From a virus (taxonomy: Duplodnaviria > Caudoviricetes): a stretch of 64,000 bases of DNA. A program made the translations under genes and the position numbers. The DNA lies in IMG/VR virus record IMGVR_UViG_3300035498_000877, positions 160,001 to 224,000 of that record. The stretch is one strand, 5' to 3'. Position 1 is the stretch's first letter; each line of letters opens with the position of its first letter. Positions 47,842 through 57,621 of the stretch are shown in pieces. The notes below the pieces were generated by a model. It ran no database searches and was not told the origin of the DNA. It saw only the letters and a program-made list of their open reading frames with translations.

Positions 47842-48774
47842 ATGGCAACTATAACAAATTTAGCTTTTACAGTATTTCCTGATGAGGAAGTGAAGAATGG
47901 TATTGATCCAAAGAAATATCCACCTAGTATGTTTGGATCACGTATATCATCTCTTGAGAAGGTGAGAGTGAATAGTATTAGTGGTGGATACACAATAATA
48001 TTCACTTATTCTATGATAGCAAAGTGTAACCCAGAAGCTGTTGCTAACATTTTGAGAAATCTTATGTTAAAAATGGAGCCAAATGGAACTAGGAATTTAA
48101 TATACCAATTGGTGACATTTAGTAATCAGAGATATAGTTTTGAATTCATGACTAAAATGTATGCAATATATTTAAGAACATCAAAGTTTAACGATATCAA
48201 TGTGCAGCTTGGTAAAATGATGCGTGAATTATTTGAGAATCATGATGATGAATATTTATATGATGAAGATGATTCAGTTGGAATTGATATGAATTTATAT
48301 TCAAGAGCAAATAAGAAAGATAATTCTGATTTATGGTTAGAAAATGCTAATCTTCTTAATATGGAATTAAATGTTAAAGGCAAGAAGAAAAAGAAGAAAT
48401 CTTCTAAAGATAAAGACAAGGATAAAGATGATATTGCAATCAAGAAATCCGCAATATATAAAAGTTCAGATCATCCTAAGAGAGATGTCAAAAAGTATGG
48501 TCTAATTCGTATTGAAGATAAAGATGATATTAAGAAGGATTATAAACAGCTATTAGCTGTGACTAAAGATTTCATTCCAGGAAATGAAAAATGGAAGAAA
48601 GAATTTAGACAGAACTTAGCAGCTAGATGGTTAATGTCATATGCAGTTACTAAGAAGAAACTTAAGAAACTTCAATCTGCAAGAAATAAAGATAATAGTA
48701 AATCAGAAACAGTTAAGAAGATATCAAAGTCTTTATATAATACTTCATCAATATGGACTAATCCAAAAAGATAA
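47842..48774 (+). CDS. hypothetical protein with a poly-Lys tract
   Basis: RBS AAGGAGG; KGKKKKKKSSKDKDKDKD. Confidence 0.8.
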   Translation: MATITNLAFTVFPDEEVKNGIDPKKYPPSMFGSRISSLEKVRVNSISGGYTIIFTYSMIAKCNPEAVANILRNLMLKMEPNGTRNLIYQLVTFSNQRYSFEFMTKMYAIYLRTSKFNDINVQLGKMMRELFENHDDEYLYDEDDSVGIDMNLYSRANKKDNSDLWLENANLLNMELNVKGKKKKKKSSKDKDKDKDDIAIKKSAIYKSSDHPKRDVKKYGLIRIEDKDDIKKDYKQLLAVTKDFIPGNEKWKKEFRQNLAARWLMSYAVTKKKLKKLQSARNKDNSKSETVKKISKSLYNTSSIWTNPKR

Positions 48775-48832
48775 TGTATTTTAATGATATATTCTTCATA
48801 TGTATAATAATATAAAAGGAGGGCTTATTTAA

Positions 48833-49165
48833 ATGGCTGATCAAACAACTGAAATTGCTGTAATACCATCAGTAGTTTCTAATAAGAAAGAATCCATGAC
48901 ATTAATGGAGAAGATTCAAGTAGGCAAGGAAGTTCAGAAGATGGTTCTTGGTTCAAAGAAGAATGGTGAACCAGTTTCTCTATTGGATGGATTAAAAGAT
49001 CTATATGAGATTGATGATTCTGACAAGAAGAAAAAGAAGAAAAAGAAAAAGAAAAGTAACAATGGACTATATGGAATGGACATATCACTGTATGCCGGTA
49101 AGAAAAAGAAGAAAAAAGGCAAGAAGAAACATAAAAAGAATTTAATGAAGTATTATGGGTTTTAA
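48833..49165 (+). CDS. small poly-Lys protein (110 aa)
   Basis: RBS AAGGAGG; K10 and KKKKKKGKKKHKK tracts. Confidence 0.8.
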   Translation: MADQTTEIAVIPSVVSNKKESMTLMEKIQVGKEVQKMVLGSKKNGEPVSLLDGLKDLYEIDDSDKKKKKKKKKKSNNGLYGMDISLYAGKKKKKKGKKKHKKNLMKYYGF

Positions 49166-49230
49166 AATTAAGATAAAGAATGGTAATATAAATTTACCAT
49201 TCTTTATTTTTGCAAGGGAAGTGATTAAAT

Positions 49231-51108
49231 ATGATAGTGGGCTCTAAGCCAGCACTGATAAATGTTACTTATATTCAACCATCAAAAGATGAAAATGGTA
49301 AAAAAATAGATGCTCACTTTGAGGTTATATATAAAGATGATAATGGTAATGTTAGAAAATCTGATGAACCTGCATTGGTAGATATTTATTTTGTAAAGCC
49401 TGAATTTAGAAACTTTAATTACAATAAACCAGAAGAAAGAATAGAACATCTTGAAAAAAGAACAGTTCCATATCCAGACATTAAAACAGCAATTGCTAAA
49501 GAAATTGGACCTGATGCTGTTGCATATCTTAATCAATGTAAAACTAGTGGAAAATATTCAGATAGTAACAGTTTATTTGGATGGCCATATGCATTCAAAT
49601 GTGATTTCCAACCAGAGTTTTATTTCATTCAACGTTGGTTTGAAAAATATCCAATGACTGATCCAGATCTTGATTTGGCATTCCTTGATATAGAGACTGA
49701 TTTAATAGATGGACAGACTAATCTTGACAATCTTAAGGATACTGCAATAGCACCTGTAAATGTTTCAACATTGATATTTGAGAAACAAAAAGAAGCATTT
49801 ACATTTATATTGAGACCAAAGAAGCCATCTAAATTTGGAAGAAGTTCAGAAGAATATGAAGAGCGATATAAATTATATGAATATCAGTTAGCCGAATATA
49901 TTGATTTATTTGAACATAAACAGGAATTCATAAATGAACTTCATAAAGAATTTGATTCAACGTATGGATTTATAAAATATCATTTAAGATTCTATGAAGA
50001 TGAATTAGAAATGATAACGGATATGTTCAGATGTATTCATTCCAGAAAACCAAACTTTCTGTACTGCTGGAATATGCGTTTCGATATTCAGTATCTATAT
50101 TATAGAATTATAATGCTGGGTGGTGATCCAAATCAGATAATGACTGAGATGGATTTTAAATATCCAAGGTGCTATTTCAAAGTTGATAAATCAACATTTG
50201 AGATTGGTAAGCAGATGGATACATTCTATTGTTCATCATATACCGTATATCTTTGTCAAATGAGAACTTATGCAGCATTAAGAAAGTCTCAGCATAAACC
50301 AAGATCTCTGAAATTGAATGCAATTGCAGATAAGGAATTAGGAGATAAGAAAGTTGAATATCCAGATAATTCATCAATAGTAAATTTTGCATATAAAGAT
50401 TATAAGAAATTTATTAAATATAATATCAAGGATGTTTTACTTCAGGTTGGTATTGAGAGAAGAACAAAAGATTCTAAGTCATTATATCATAGAATGGCAT
50501 CTAATAGAACTCATTATTATAAGGCATTTAAAGAAACACATCTGCTGAGAAATGTTAGAGAAATCTATTTTGAACCAGAAGGATGGATTCAATGTAATAA
50601 TGTAAATGTATTAGGCAATGATAATAAGTCAAAAGATGATGGAACTGCTAGGTTCTATATGAGAACTGGTGATGATGACGATAGTGATAGCGATGAAGAA
50701 TCATCATTTAAAGGAGCCATTAATGCAGATCCATTTTGGAATGATAAAGTTGGTGTTGAAATCAATGGAGTTCCAAGTAATAATATTTTCAATAATGCAA
50801 TTGATTATGATATGGCTTCATTCTATCCATCTATAAAGATTGTATGCAATATGGACGGAATTACTCTGATATTTAAGGCTTCATTTGATAATGAAGAATT
50901 TATGAGTGGTGAGTTCAGTAATAAGTCTCTCAATACAAAATATTTCGAGAAAGATAAATATGGAAATATCAGAAAGCTTGATATAACAGGTGAAGCTGTA
51001 AATACTTATGTTAGTAAGAATATATTGACTACTGCTTATAATTATTTAGGTCAACCTGATATCACAAGTGTATTAAAGTATATATTTGAAAATATTGCTG
51101 CATTATAG
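49231..51108 (+). CDS. family B DNA polymerase N-terminal subunit (3'-5' exonuclease + motif A); split polymerase
   Basis: ExoI FLDIETD, ExoII WNMRFDIQY, ExoIII YNIKDV, FKGA and motif A DYDMASFYPS; no motif B or C before the stop. Confidence 0.85.
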   Translation: MIVGSKPALINVTYIQPSKDENGKKIDAHFEVIYKDDNGNVRKSDEPALVDIYFVKPEFRNFNYNKPEERIEHLEKRTVPYPDIKTAIAKEIGPDAVAYLNQCKTSGKYSDSNSLFGWPYAFKCDFQPEFYFIQRWFEKYPMTDPDLDLAFLDIETDLIDGQTNLDNLKDTAIAPVNVSTLIFEKQKEAFTFILRPKKPSKFGRSSEEYEERYKLYEYQLAEYIDLFEHKQEFINELHKEFDSTYGFIKYHLRFYEDELEMITDMFRCIHSRKPNFLYCWNMRFDIQYLYYRIIMLGGDPNQIMTEMDFKYPRCYFKVDKSTFEIGKQMDTFYCSSYTVYLCQMRTYAALRKSQHKPRSLKLNAIADKELGDKKVEYPDNSSIVNFAYKDYKKFIKYNIKDVLLQVGIERRTKDSKSLYHRMASNRTHYYKAFKETHLLRNVREIYFEPEGWIQCNNVNVLGNDNKSKDDGTARFYMRTGDDDDSDSDEESSFKGAINADPFWNDKVGVEINGVPSNNIFNNAIDYDMASFYPSIKIVCNMDGITLIFKASFDNEEFMSGEFSNKSLNTKYFEKDKYGNIRKLDITGEAVNTYVSKNILTTAYNYLGQPDITSVLKYIFENIAAL

Positions 51109-51258
51109 AATAATTAAAAGAGGGATTATCAGATCCCTCTTTTTTGTTTTGAAATGTCAAATAAATATGCCTGAGTAGTTACTCAGGTAATATTTTTAAA
51201 TTATATATTCTACTTATATAGCAATACAAAATTTACAATAAGAAAGGAGATAATTAAA

Positions 51259-52815
51259 ATGGCTAAATATGTTGATGACCATTTTGATCATCTAGTCAGT
51301 GACATAGAAAAGATAAGAGTCAGACATAGACAATATATATCTTATTCTAATGAAGCTGGTGCAAAATCAGTAGTCGATGAGATATTAAATAACTCATTGG
51401 ATGAATGTAGAAACCCACGTTCACCAGGTAAGAATATTCACATCGAATTTGATGAAAGGACTGGATTTATTACAGTTGAGGATGATGGAAGAGGAATTCC
51501 AACTGATAAATTGGAAGAAATTTATACATCATTGAACATGGGTTCCAATATTAATACATCAAATAAAGCTAATCTTAAAGCAGAAACATTAGGTCAAAAT
51601 GGTACTGGTACACTTGCTATATGTGGATTAGCAGAACATGTTGAAATTGTTTCAAATAGAGGAGGTACTGAAGATATCTCAAAGACATTAATCTTTGAAG
51701 AAGGTAAAAAAGTTGCTGAGAAAATATCACCTAAATGTACTAAACATGGTATGTATGTTAAATATAAACCATCTAAAGTAATGGGTAAAAATACAAAGAT
51801 TATTTGGCAAGATGTAAGAAATGAATTATTGAATCTTCAGTTCTTAAATAAACAAAAGATTCATATGGATTCTATTTATTATGATAAGAATGGAAAGAAA
51901 ACTATAGAAAAATATATAGCATATCCATTTGTAGAAATTCTATCAAGGAATAATAAAGAGAATTTAATAAGTAATAAGTATTTTGTTACAGCTAGTGATA
52001 ATAATCAGGTTGAAGAATTAGATGGAATTAATGTAAAACGATTTATAGAAATTGATGTAGCATTTGCATATACGAATTCTTTAAATCCATACATTGATTC
52101 ATTTAGTAATTCAAATAATACTGTGGATAATGGAGATCATTTAGATGGTGCATTAGAAGCATTATGTAGATATCTTCAAATAGCTGTTAAGAATTCATTA
52201 TCTGAAAAAGAAAAATCATCTTTGGATATTAAATGGGATGATGTAAAATCTGGACTATCTATATGTGTGGCATTAAGAACTAATTTTGAACGATTGTATA
52301 CAGGTCAGACTAAACACAAAGTAGTATCATCTGAAATTAAGAGAGCAATAGTTCAATTGGTTCAAGATAACTTAAATCTATATTTCCAAAAGAATCAATC
52401 CCAATTAAGAGAATTAATTAATATAGTAAAGATGAATGCTAAAGCTCGTAGAGAAGGTGATCGAGTTAAAACGGCTGTAGTAAAAAATACTCTGAATAAC
52501 TGGTCTTCATATAAGATCAAAAACTATGATCCATGTGCAAGAACGGGAGTTAAAGAGTATAAAGAGTTATACATCATAGAGGGCGACTCGGCAAAAGGTA
52601 GCTTAAAGAAGGCTAGAGATCCTATGTTTCAAGCACTATTTGCAATCAGAGGCGTATCACTTAACGTTTTTGGGGTTCAACTGGATGAAATAATAGGACA
52701 AAATGGAAATAGAGAATTTACAGACTTAGTAACAGTTATGGGCTGTAATGTAGGCGCTAAATTTGATATAAATAAAATGCAGTTCAATAAAATAATCATA
52801 TCATCAGATGCGGAT
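51259..52815 (+). CDS. gyrB: type IIA topoisomerase/DNA gyrase subunit B, exon 1
   Basis: EILNNSLDE, VEDDGRGIP, GQNGTG, GQTK, IIEGDSAKGS and IIISSDAD; interrupted by an intron. Confidence 0.93.
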
Positions 52816-53207
52816 AAACAAACTATGTCCGCTTAAAACTTCTTTAATTGCTGGGAGTTCCTTAGAGCTTTAATTACTATTAATAGTAATAATATTAAAG
52901 ATTGGATAATCAGCAGTTAAGCCAAAGTGGAAAATTCATCGACTATCGACCAGCTATGGTATTCGAGAAATACGGTACCAATATAGTCAGTAGAGTACAC
53001 CCAAAGTGAATGTGGGCCATAAACCATGGAATGGAGTGGGGTAACTGGAAACGGGAAGTAGTTGTACATCGGTAATAGATGTACACTAAAGATATAGTCA
53101 CAACGATCAATAGATCACTCAACCTTGAGATAGGTTGTTGTCCTATGAGAGTAGGAGAAGCATTAAGTTGCTGCTAGTATGTTGCGAGTACTAGTGTAAG
53201 ATAATTG
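52816..53207 (+). mobile_element. group I intron (IA-like, 392 nt, no ORF) in gyrB
   Basis: P1 GCGGAU/GUCCGC with a U.G splice site; P10 CUAU/AUAG; P AATTGCTGG, Q AATCAGCAG, R TTCATCGACTA, S AAGATATAGTC; terminal G at 53207. Splicing restores DAD-IDG in frame. Confidence 0.93.
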
Positions 53208-54107
53208 ATAGACGGATTATTTATTAGAAGTTTACTATTAGCATTCTTCTTTAAAATGTTTCCGGAACTTATTTATGATGGTAGGATTTATATAAGTGAA
53301 CCACCTCTGTATAGAGTAGATGATAAAAAGAATCCATTTGTAATTAATAAAGCCGATTACTTGGATAGATATGTAAAGTCAGTTACTAAAGATTATAAAG
53401 TTGGACATTATATATCAAAACACAATATAGAATATTTTGATAAGAAAGATTTAATAGAATTTCTATCAGATACATCTACATATGTAGATGATATGAGTAT
53501 GCTTCAAAAACATTATCAGATTAATGATAGACTATTAGAAATTATATTAGAAGAATTTTCTATGTTGTTAGATAGCGAGAAAACTACACCAGAAGAAATT
53601 ATTATGAGAACAAATATACAGCATCTGATGGATCGAATTGGTGAGGAATTCAAAGAACTTCAATATGATGACACTCATCATGAGATTAAAGGAAGTATAG
53701 ATGCAAAGATGCAGCTTATAGAAATATCAACTAATCTTGTTAAGCGTTCAATGTCTATAATAAAGATAATGAATAAATATCATGTTGGAAAAAATAAATT
53801 TGTATTGCTAGATATCAGAACTAAATCTGAATATGATTTATCATTATTAGGAATATTAAAGATGTTAAAGAAATATCAACCAACAATACTTCATAGATTT
53901 AAAGGTCTTGGAGAGAATGATGATGAGGATATTAAAGAAACAATTATGGATCCAAATACCAGAACTTTGATCAGAGTAAATATTGAAGATATTGAAAATG
54001 ATGCTAAGATATTCCAATTATTAAGAGGAAAGACAACAGCTGATAAGTTGGGACGTAAAACAATGATGCGTGAATATCAGATTGATCCAGCATTGATTGA
54101 TACGTGA
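53208..54107 (+). CDS. gyrB: gyrase/topoisomerase II subunit B, exon 2
   Basis: IDGLFIRSLLLAFF, EPPLYRV, RFKGLGE and TIMDPNTRTLIRV. Confidence 0.92.
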   Translation: MDGLFIRSLLLAFFFKMFPELIYDGRIYISEPPLYRVDDKKNPFVINKADYLDRYVKSVTKDYKVGHYISKHNIEYFDKKDLIEFLSDTSTYVDDMSMLQKHYQINDRLLEIILEEFSMLLDSEKTTPEEIIMRTNIQHLMDRIGEEFKELQYDDTHHEIKGSIDAKMQLIEISTNLVKRSMSIIKIMNKYHVGKNKFVLLDIRTKSEYDLSLLGILKMLKKYQPTILHRFKGLGENDDEDIKETIMDPNTRTLIRVNIEDIENDAKIFQLLRGKTTADKLGRKTMMREYQIDPALIDT

Positions 54108-54163
54108 TTTAAAAGTATATATTCTATAACTGTAAATAAAAAATGTTTTAGGAGGAAATAGTT

Positions 54164-54940
54164 ATGCCAAGAGTAAAGAAAACTGAAAAAGAAGAAGAGT
54201 TAGATATCAAGAAACCCGTACGAGATTCTGTTGTAACTCGGTGGTTTAAAGAGAATGCTGGAGACTCAGCACATGATCTAAAGATTGTATCTGAACTAAC
54301 TGCACGTAGTTGTTGGGATCAGTTCAATTTAAGCCCTACAGTATCTGGAGAAGTTTATGCAGTAATATTCTATGCAACATTTATGACAATAATTGATTTC
54401 TTGATGTCACAGAGAAAGAAGTATTCTCAATATACTATGGAAATCGGACAGTGCATCAATATTGGGTATATGAATAATACAAATGATGATAATGAGAAAG
54501 TAGGATCATTTGATCCAATCATTGAGTACATTGGCACAAATACACGTGTGCAGAAAGATAATGAAACAAGTATCACAGCAAATCTTAATAAATGGAAAGG
54601 TGCAAATGTTAAAACAGAAGATGAAATTAGGGAAAAGATTGAGAAAGCAACACTTGCTAGACTTAATTCAGATGAGTTTAAGATTGATACTAGAACTGAT
54701 CAGATGATCTTTCCAATATTTGGTACATTCATGGATAATCTTGTTGCATATGTAAAAGTTAAATACAAAGAAGCAATGGGTACAAATGTATCTACAGTAT
54801 CAATAGATGTATTCAGGATATTCAGAATCAAGTATTCATTCAATGAAGAAGAGAATATGGAATGTATTGAATATGAGCCATTAACATTGATGAAGTGTCC
54901 TATGAAATCAGATGATATTTCTAAGACATATGTAGATTAA
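54164..54940 (+). CDS. hypothetical protein (258 aa)
   Basis: RBS AGGAGG; TATATATT promoter at 54116. Confidence 0.8.
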   Translation: MPRVKKTEKEEELDIKKPVRDSVVTRWFKENAGDSAHDLKIVSELTARSCWDQFNLSPTVSGEVYAVIFYATFMTIIDFLMSQRKKYSQYTMEIGQCINIGYMNNTNDDNEKVGSFDPIIEYIGTNTRVQKDNETSITANLNKWKGANVKTEDEIREKIEKATLARLNSDEFKIDTRTDQMIFPIFGTFMDNLVAYVKVKYKEAMGTNVSTVSIDVFRIFRIKYSFNEEENMECIEYEPLTLMKCPMKSDDISKTYVD

Positions 54941-54970
54941 AAATAAAGGAGGAGATAATCTCCTCCTTTT

Positions 54971-55714
54971 TTACATGAAATTAAGCCACTCAGTACGATC
55001 TACATGATACTTATCTCTCCATTCATTGAGAAGAGATGTTCTATCTGAATCAGCAGATTGATAATCTTCAATTTTCAAATTTATATTACCAAATGCTGAT
55101 GCAATATTATCATACATTTTCAAATTATTATATAAGAAAGATTTAACATCCAATTTAGCAAGTTCCATAAAAGAATCATAACATCCATCAGGAATAGTCT
55201 CACCATTGTCTAAATGCTCACAAGCAACTTCAAATGATAAAATTGTTCTAGGATACCCATATAATCGAATCTTATTCTCTCCAAGATATTCAAATGTTGG
55301 CTCTGCTCTCATTTGTGAAGTCATCATCAAGTATGCATTCGCTGTAATAACTCCAGTAGGTGATAAATCCATTCCATATCCATATGGGATATCTCCATAT
55401 GCTCCTGTTGCATTATATGCAGGAGTGACACTAGCTACATACATTACTGGTGTCATTGTTAGAAAAGGTGGAAGCATATATACTCTTCTAGATTTATCTA
55501 TGACTTTTAAATTATCTACATGACAATCACCATTACGAATCCATGGTTGAAATTGAGAATACTCAGGGATTGTTATCGTTGATAATATATTGGATAGAAT
55601 ATTTTCAGTTGGTATGGGTTTACCAGTAGTTTCATCTTTGAAAGGTAATGTTATCGCATATAAATTCAAACTTAATTTCAATGCTGAAATTACTCTAGAC
55701 ATATTCATTATCAA
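54971..55714 (-). CDS. probable neck/head-tail connector protein
   Basis: PTFEYLGENKIRLYG and ELAKLDVKSFLY...FGNINLKI resemble myovirus neck proteins; late-type promoter upstream. Confidence 0.5.
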   Translation of the reverse strand: MIMNMSRVISALKLSLNLYAITLPFKDETTGKPIPTENILSNILSTITIPEYSQFQPWIRNGDCHVDNLKVIDKSRRVYMLPPFLTMTPVMYVASVTPAYNATGAYGDIPYGYGMDLSPTGVITANAYLMMTSQMRAEPTFEYLGENKIRLYGYPRTILSFEVACEHLDNGETIPDGCYDSFMELAKLDVKSFLYNNLKMYDNIASAFGNINLKIEDYQSADSDRTSLLNEWRDKYHVDRTEWLNFM

Positions 55715-55795
55715 TCATCTCCTTTATTTAATTTTAATATTTTGTCACATAATCCAATATTTTACATAAACTAATTATAGAGAGGAAAAATTAAA

Positions 55796-56185
55796 ATGGA
55801 AACAGAAATTGAAACATGTGCAAGAATACCAACACCAGCTATTGATAAAAATGGAAATGAATATATCATTTGTGTTAAATTAGGTGGAACTTATCAGCCA
55901 CCTCATTTCTATGTATTTAAAGATCCTACTAGTTGTTCAGAATGGAAAAGTGGATATGCTATAACATTTCAAGGAAACTTACTAACAGAGAGAGGAATGT
56001 CTATAGTAGATCCAAGTCAAGATATGCTAGATGCTGTTAAATCTAAATTATCAGATATGAATGAAACTGGAGAAATACAGAATTGGCAAATATTATTAAT
56101 GCTATGGAATTATTCTAATCCGAAAGTACAACTTACATATCGAAATATGCCCGAAGATTTATTTAAAACAATAAAACGATTTTAA
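55796..56185 (+). CDS. DUF4160-like protein
   Basis: QPPHFYVF motif and a terminal LLMLWN. Confidence 0.4.
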   Translation: METEIETCARIPTPAIDKNGNEYIICVKLGGTYQPPHFYVFKDPTSCSEWKSGYAITFQGNLLTERGMSIVDPSQDMLDAVKSKLSDMNETGEIQNWQILLMLWNYSNPKVQLTYRNMPEDLFKTIKRF

Positions 56186-56223
56186 AATAAAGAGAGGGAA
56201 TCAAATCCCTCTCTTTATTTTTA

Positions 56224-56778
56224 TTAAATAAATTGAGTACATTCTTTTTTCTGTTTACCAAGTTTCTCAAATCTCTTTTTAGTTTTATATCCAGAGGCTC
56301 CTAATATCTTATCCATACATGGTTCAAATGCTTCATTCATTTTTTCCATAAACTTATCTGCATATCTATTTACATTTGCAGATTCCTGTTGAAATCCTTC
56401 CATTACTAAATCTTCTTTTACTTTATTAATGGTATTTGTCAATGACTTAATTCCTTCAGTATATGATTTAACAAATGACGGCAATTCAGAATATTTTAAT
56501 TTACATTCTGAAAATAGTTGAGTATTAATAAATGTATCAACGCTTTCATTTATTGTTTCATCAGATGATCTATTATCATTATTTACATTTTTAATAATGT
56601 AATCACAATAGCCCTCAAGATATTTGCTAAATGTATCAAATGATTCTTGGATATTAAATCCTGGAAGTGTTTGTCCAGTTATATTTAAACCAAAATCTTT
56701 TGATATATCATCAATAAATTTCATCGACTCTTCATCATATTTTTCTAAGAAATCTTTAATTGCATTATCTATTATCAT
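56224..56778 (-). CDS. possible internal head protein
   Basis: Helical protein with repeated xxE-(S/A/G) sites (IQES, INES, VMEG, QQES, MNEA) resembling prohead-protease sites. Confidence 0.4.
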   Translation of the reverse strand: MIIDNAIKDFLEKYDEESMKFIDDISKDFGLNITGQTLPGFNIQESFDTFSKYLEGYCDYIIKNVNNDNRSSDETINESVDTFINTQLFSECKLKYSELPSFVKSYTEGIKSLTNTINKVKEDLVMEGFQQESANVNRYADKFMEKMNEAFEPCMDKILGASGYKTKKRFEKLGKQKKECTQFI

Positions 56779-56919
56779 GAGATATAACTCCTTTCTAAAA
56801 ATTTTAATAATTTTATTTAAACGTTGTTACATATATATTTAAATAGTTGACAATATTTCATTCTTTGCTTATTTCCCCATTCACGGAGAATGCAATATTT
56901 TCAATTATATATTATTATA

Positions 56920-57252
56920 ATGAATGAAGATAAGTATTCAGTTTGTTATGTATTAAAATAATTATCGATGTCAAAAATGAATTACCAATTAGAATCCAGC
57001 TCCTTAGATATGAATTCTGTACCTCTTAGATAGAAAATATATTTTATGGATATAAATTGGGATTTGTTTATTATGACTATTTCCTCTAAAGTAAAAAGGT
57101 TTTAATGTGAGCACTTCCTTTCACGATTCATTATCTTCATTCATGCATTCACCTATGGGCAGATATCTTACTCGTATCTGCCACTCCAAAGTATTCCGCA
57201 TTAACTGTGACGCTAGATATTAGATCGCGCGTCATGGTTAAGCGGGATTTTT
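56920..57252 (+). ncRNA. candidate structured non-coding RNA (long rod + two 3' hairpins + U-tract)
   Basis: TATATATT promoter at 56906; a 14-bp ATGAATGAAGATAA/TTATCTTCATTCAT closing stem; further interrupted helices containing G.U pairs; no credible ORF. Confidence 0.65.
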
Positions 57253-57314
57253 AATCGTTAATTTGACACATTGTGTCTTATTATAAAATAAAAACATTTA
57301 GGAGGTAACAGATT

Positions 57315-57560
57315 ATGAAGTATCCAGAGAAATATCTTTTGGAAGAAGGAGTAAGCCAACCAGAGAACACTACTATAGTGGAGTGTGAGATTTGTCACAG
57401 AAAGTTTGCAATTCCCAATGATGAATTGGAAAAGATGACCGCAAAAATATGTGAGAATGAGGCTTGTATTAAGGCAGCAAATGAGCAGGCAGCTGCTCAA
57501 ATTAAAAATCTGATGAAAGCAAATACATCGGATGATGTTAAGACAGCATTAGGAAATTAA
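57315..57560 (+). CDS. small Zn-ribbon protein
   Basis: CEICH...CENEAC; RBS AGGAGG. Confidence 0.75.
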   Translation: MKYPEKYLLEEGVSQPENTTIVECEICHRKFAIPNDELEKMTAKICENEACIKAANEQAAAQIKNLMKANTSDDVKTALGN

Positions 57561-57621
57561 TCCAAGAGAATAAAGGCAGTTATTATAACTGCCTTTATTT
57601 TTATATTAATGGAGGACAGTT

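Noticed and set aside
51108-51258. Intron continuing the truncated DNA polymerase
   Set aside because: The gap is only 150 bp and contains a terminator and the gyrB promoter; there is no intron core and no downstream polymerase exon.
51259-54107. gyrB as a pseudogene or naturally two-gene split
   Set aside because: The gap has complete group I intron hallmarks, and splicing restores the frame and the catalytic motif.
56920-57252. tRNA, tmRNA or RNase P identity for the structured region
   Set aside because: No cloverleaf/T-loop/CCA, no tmRNA termini or tag ORF, and no RNase P P4 consensus.
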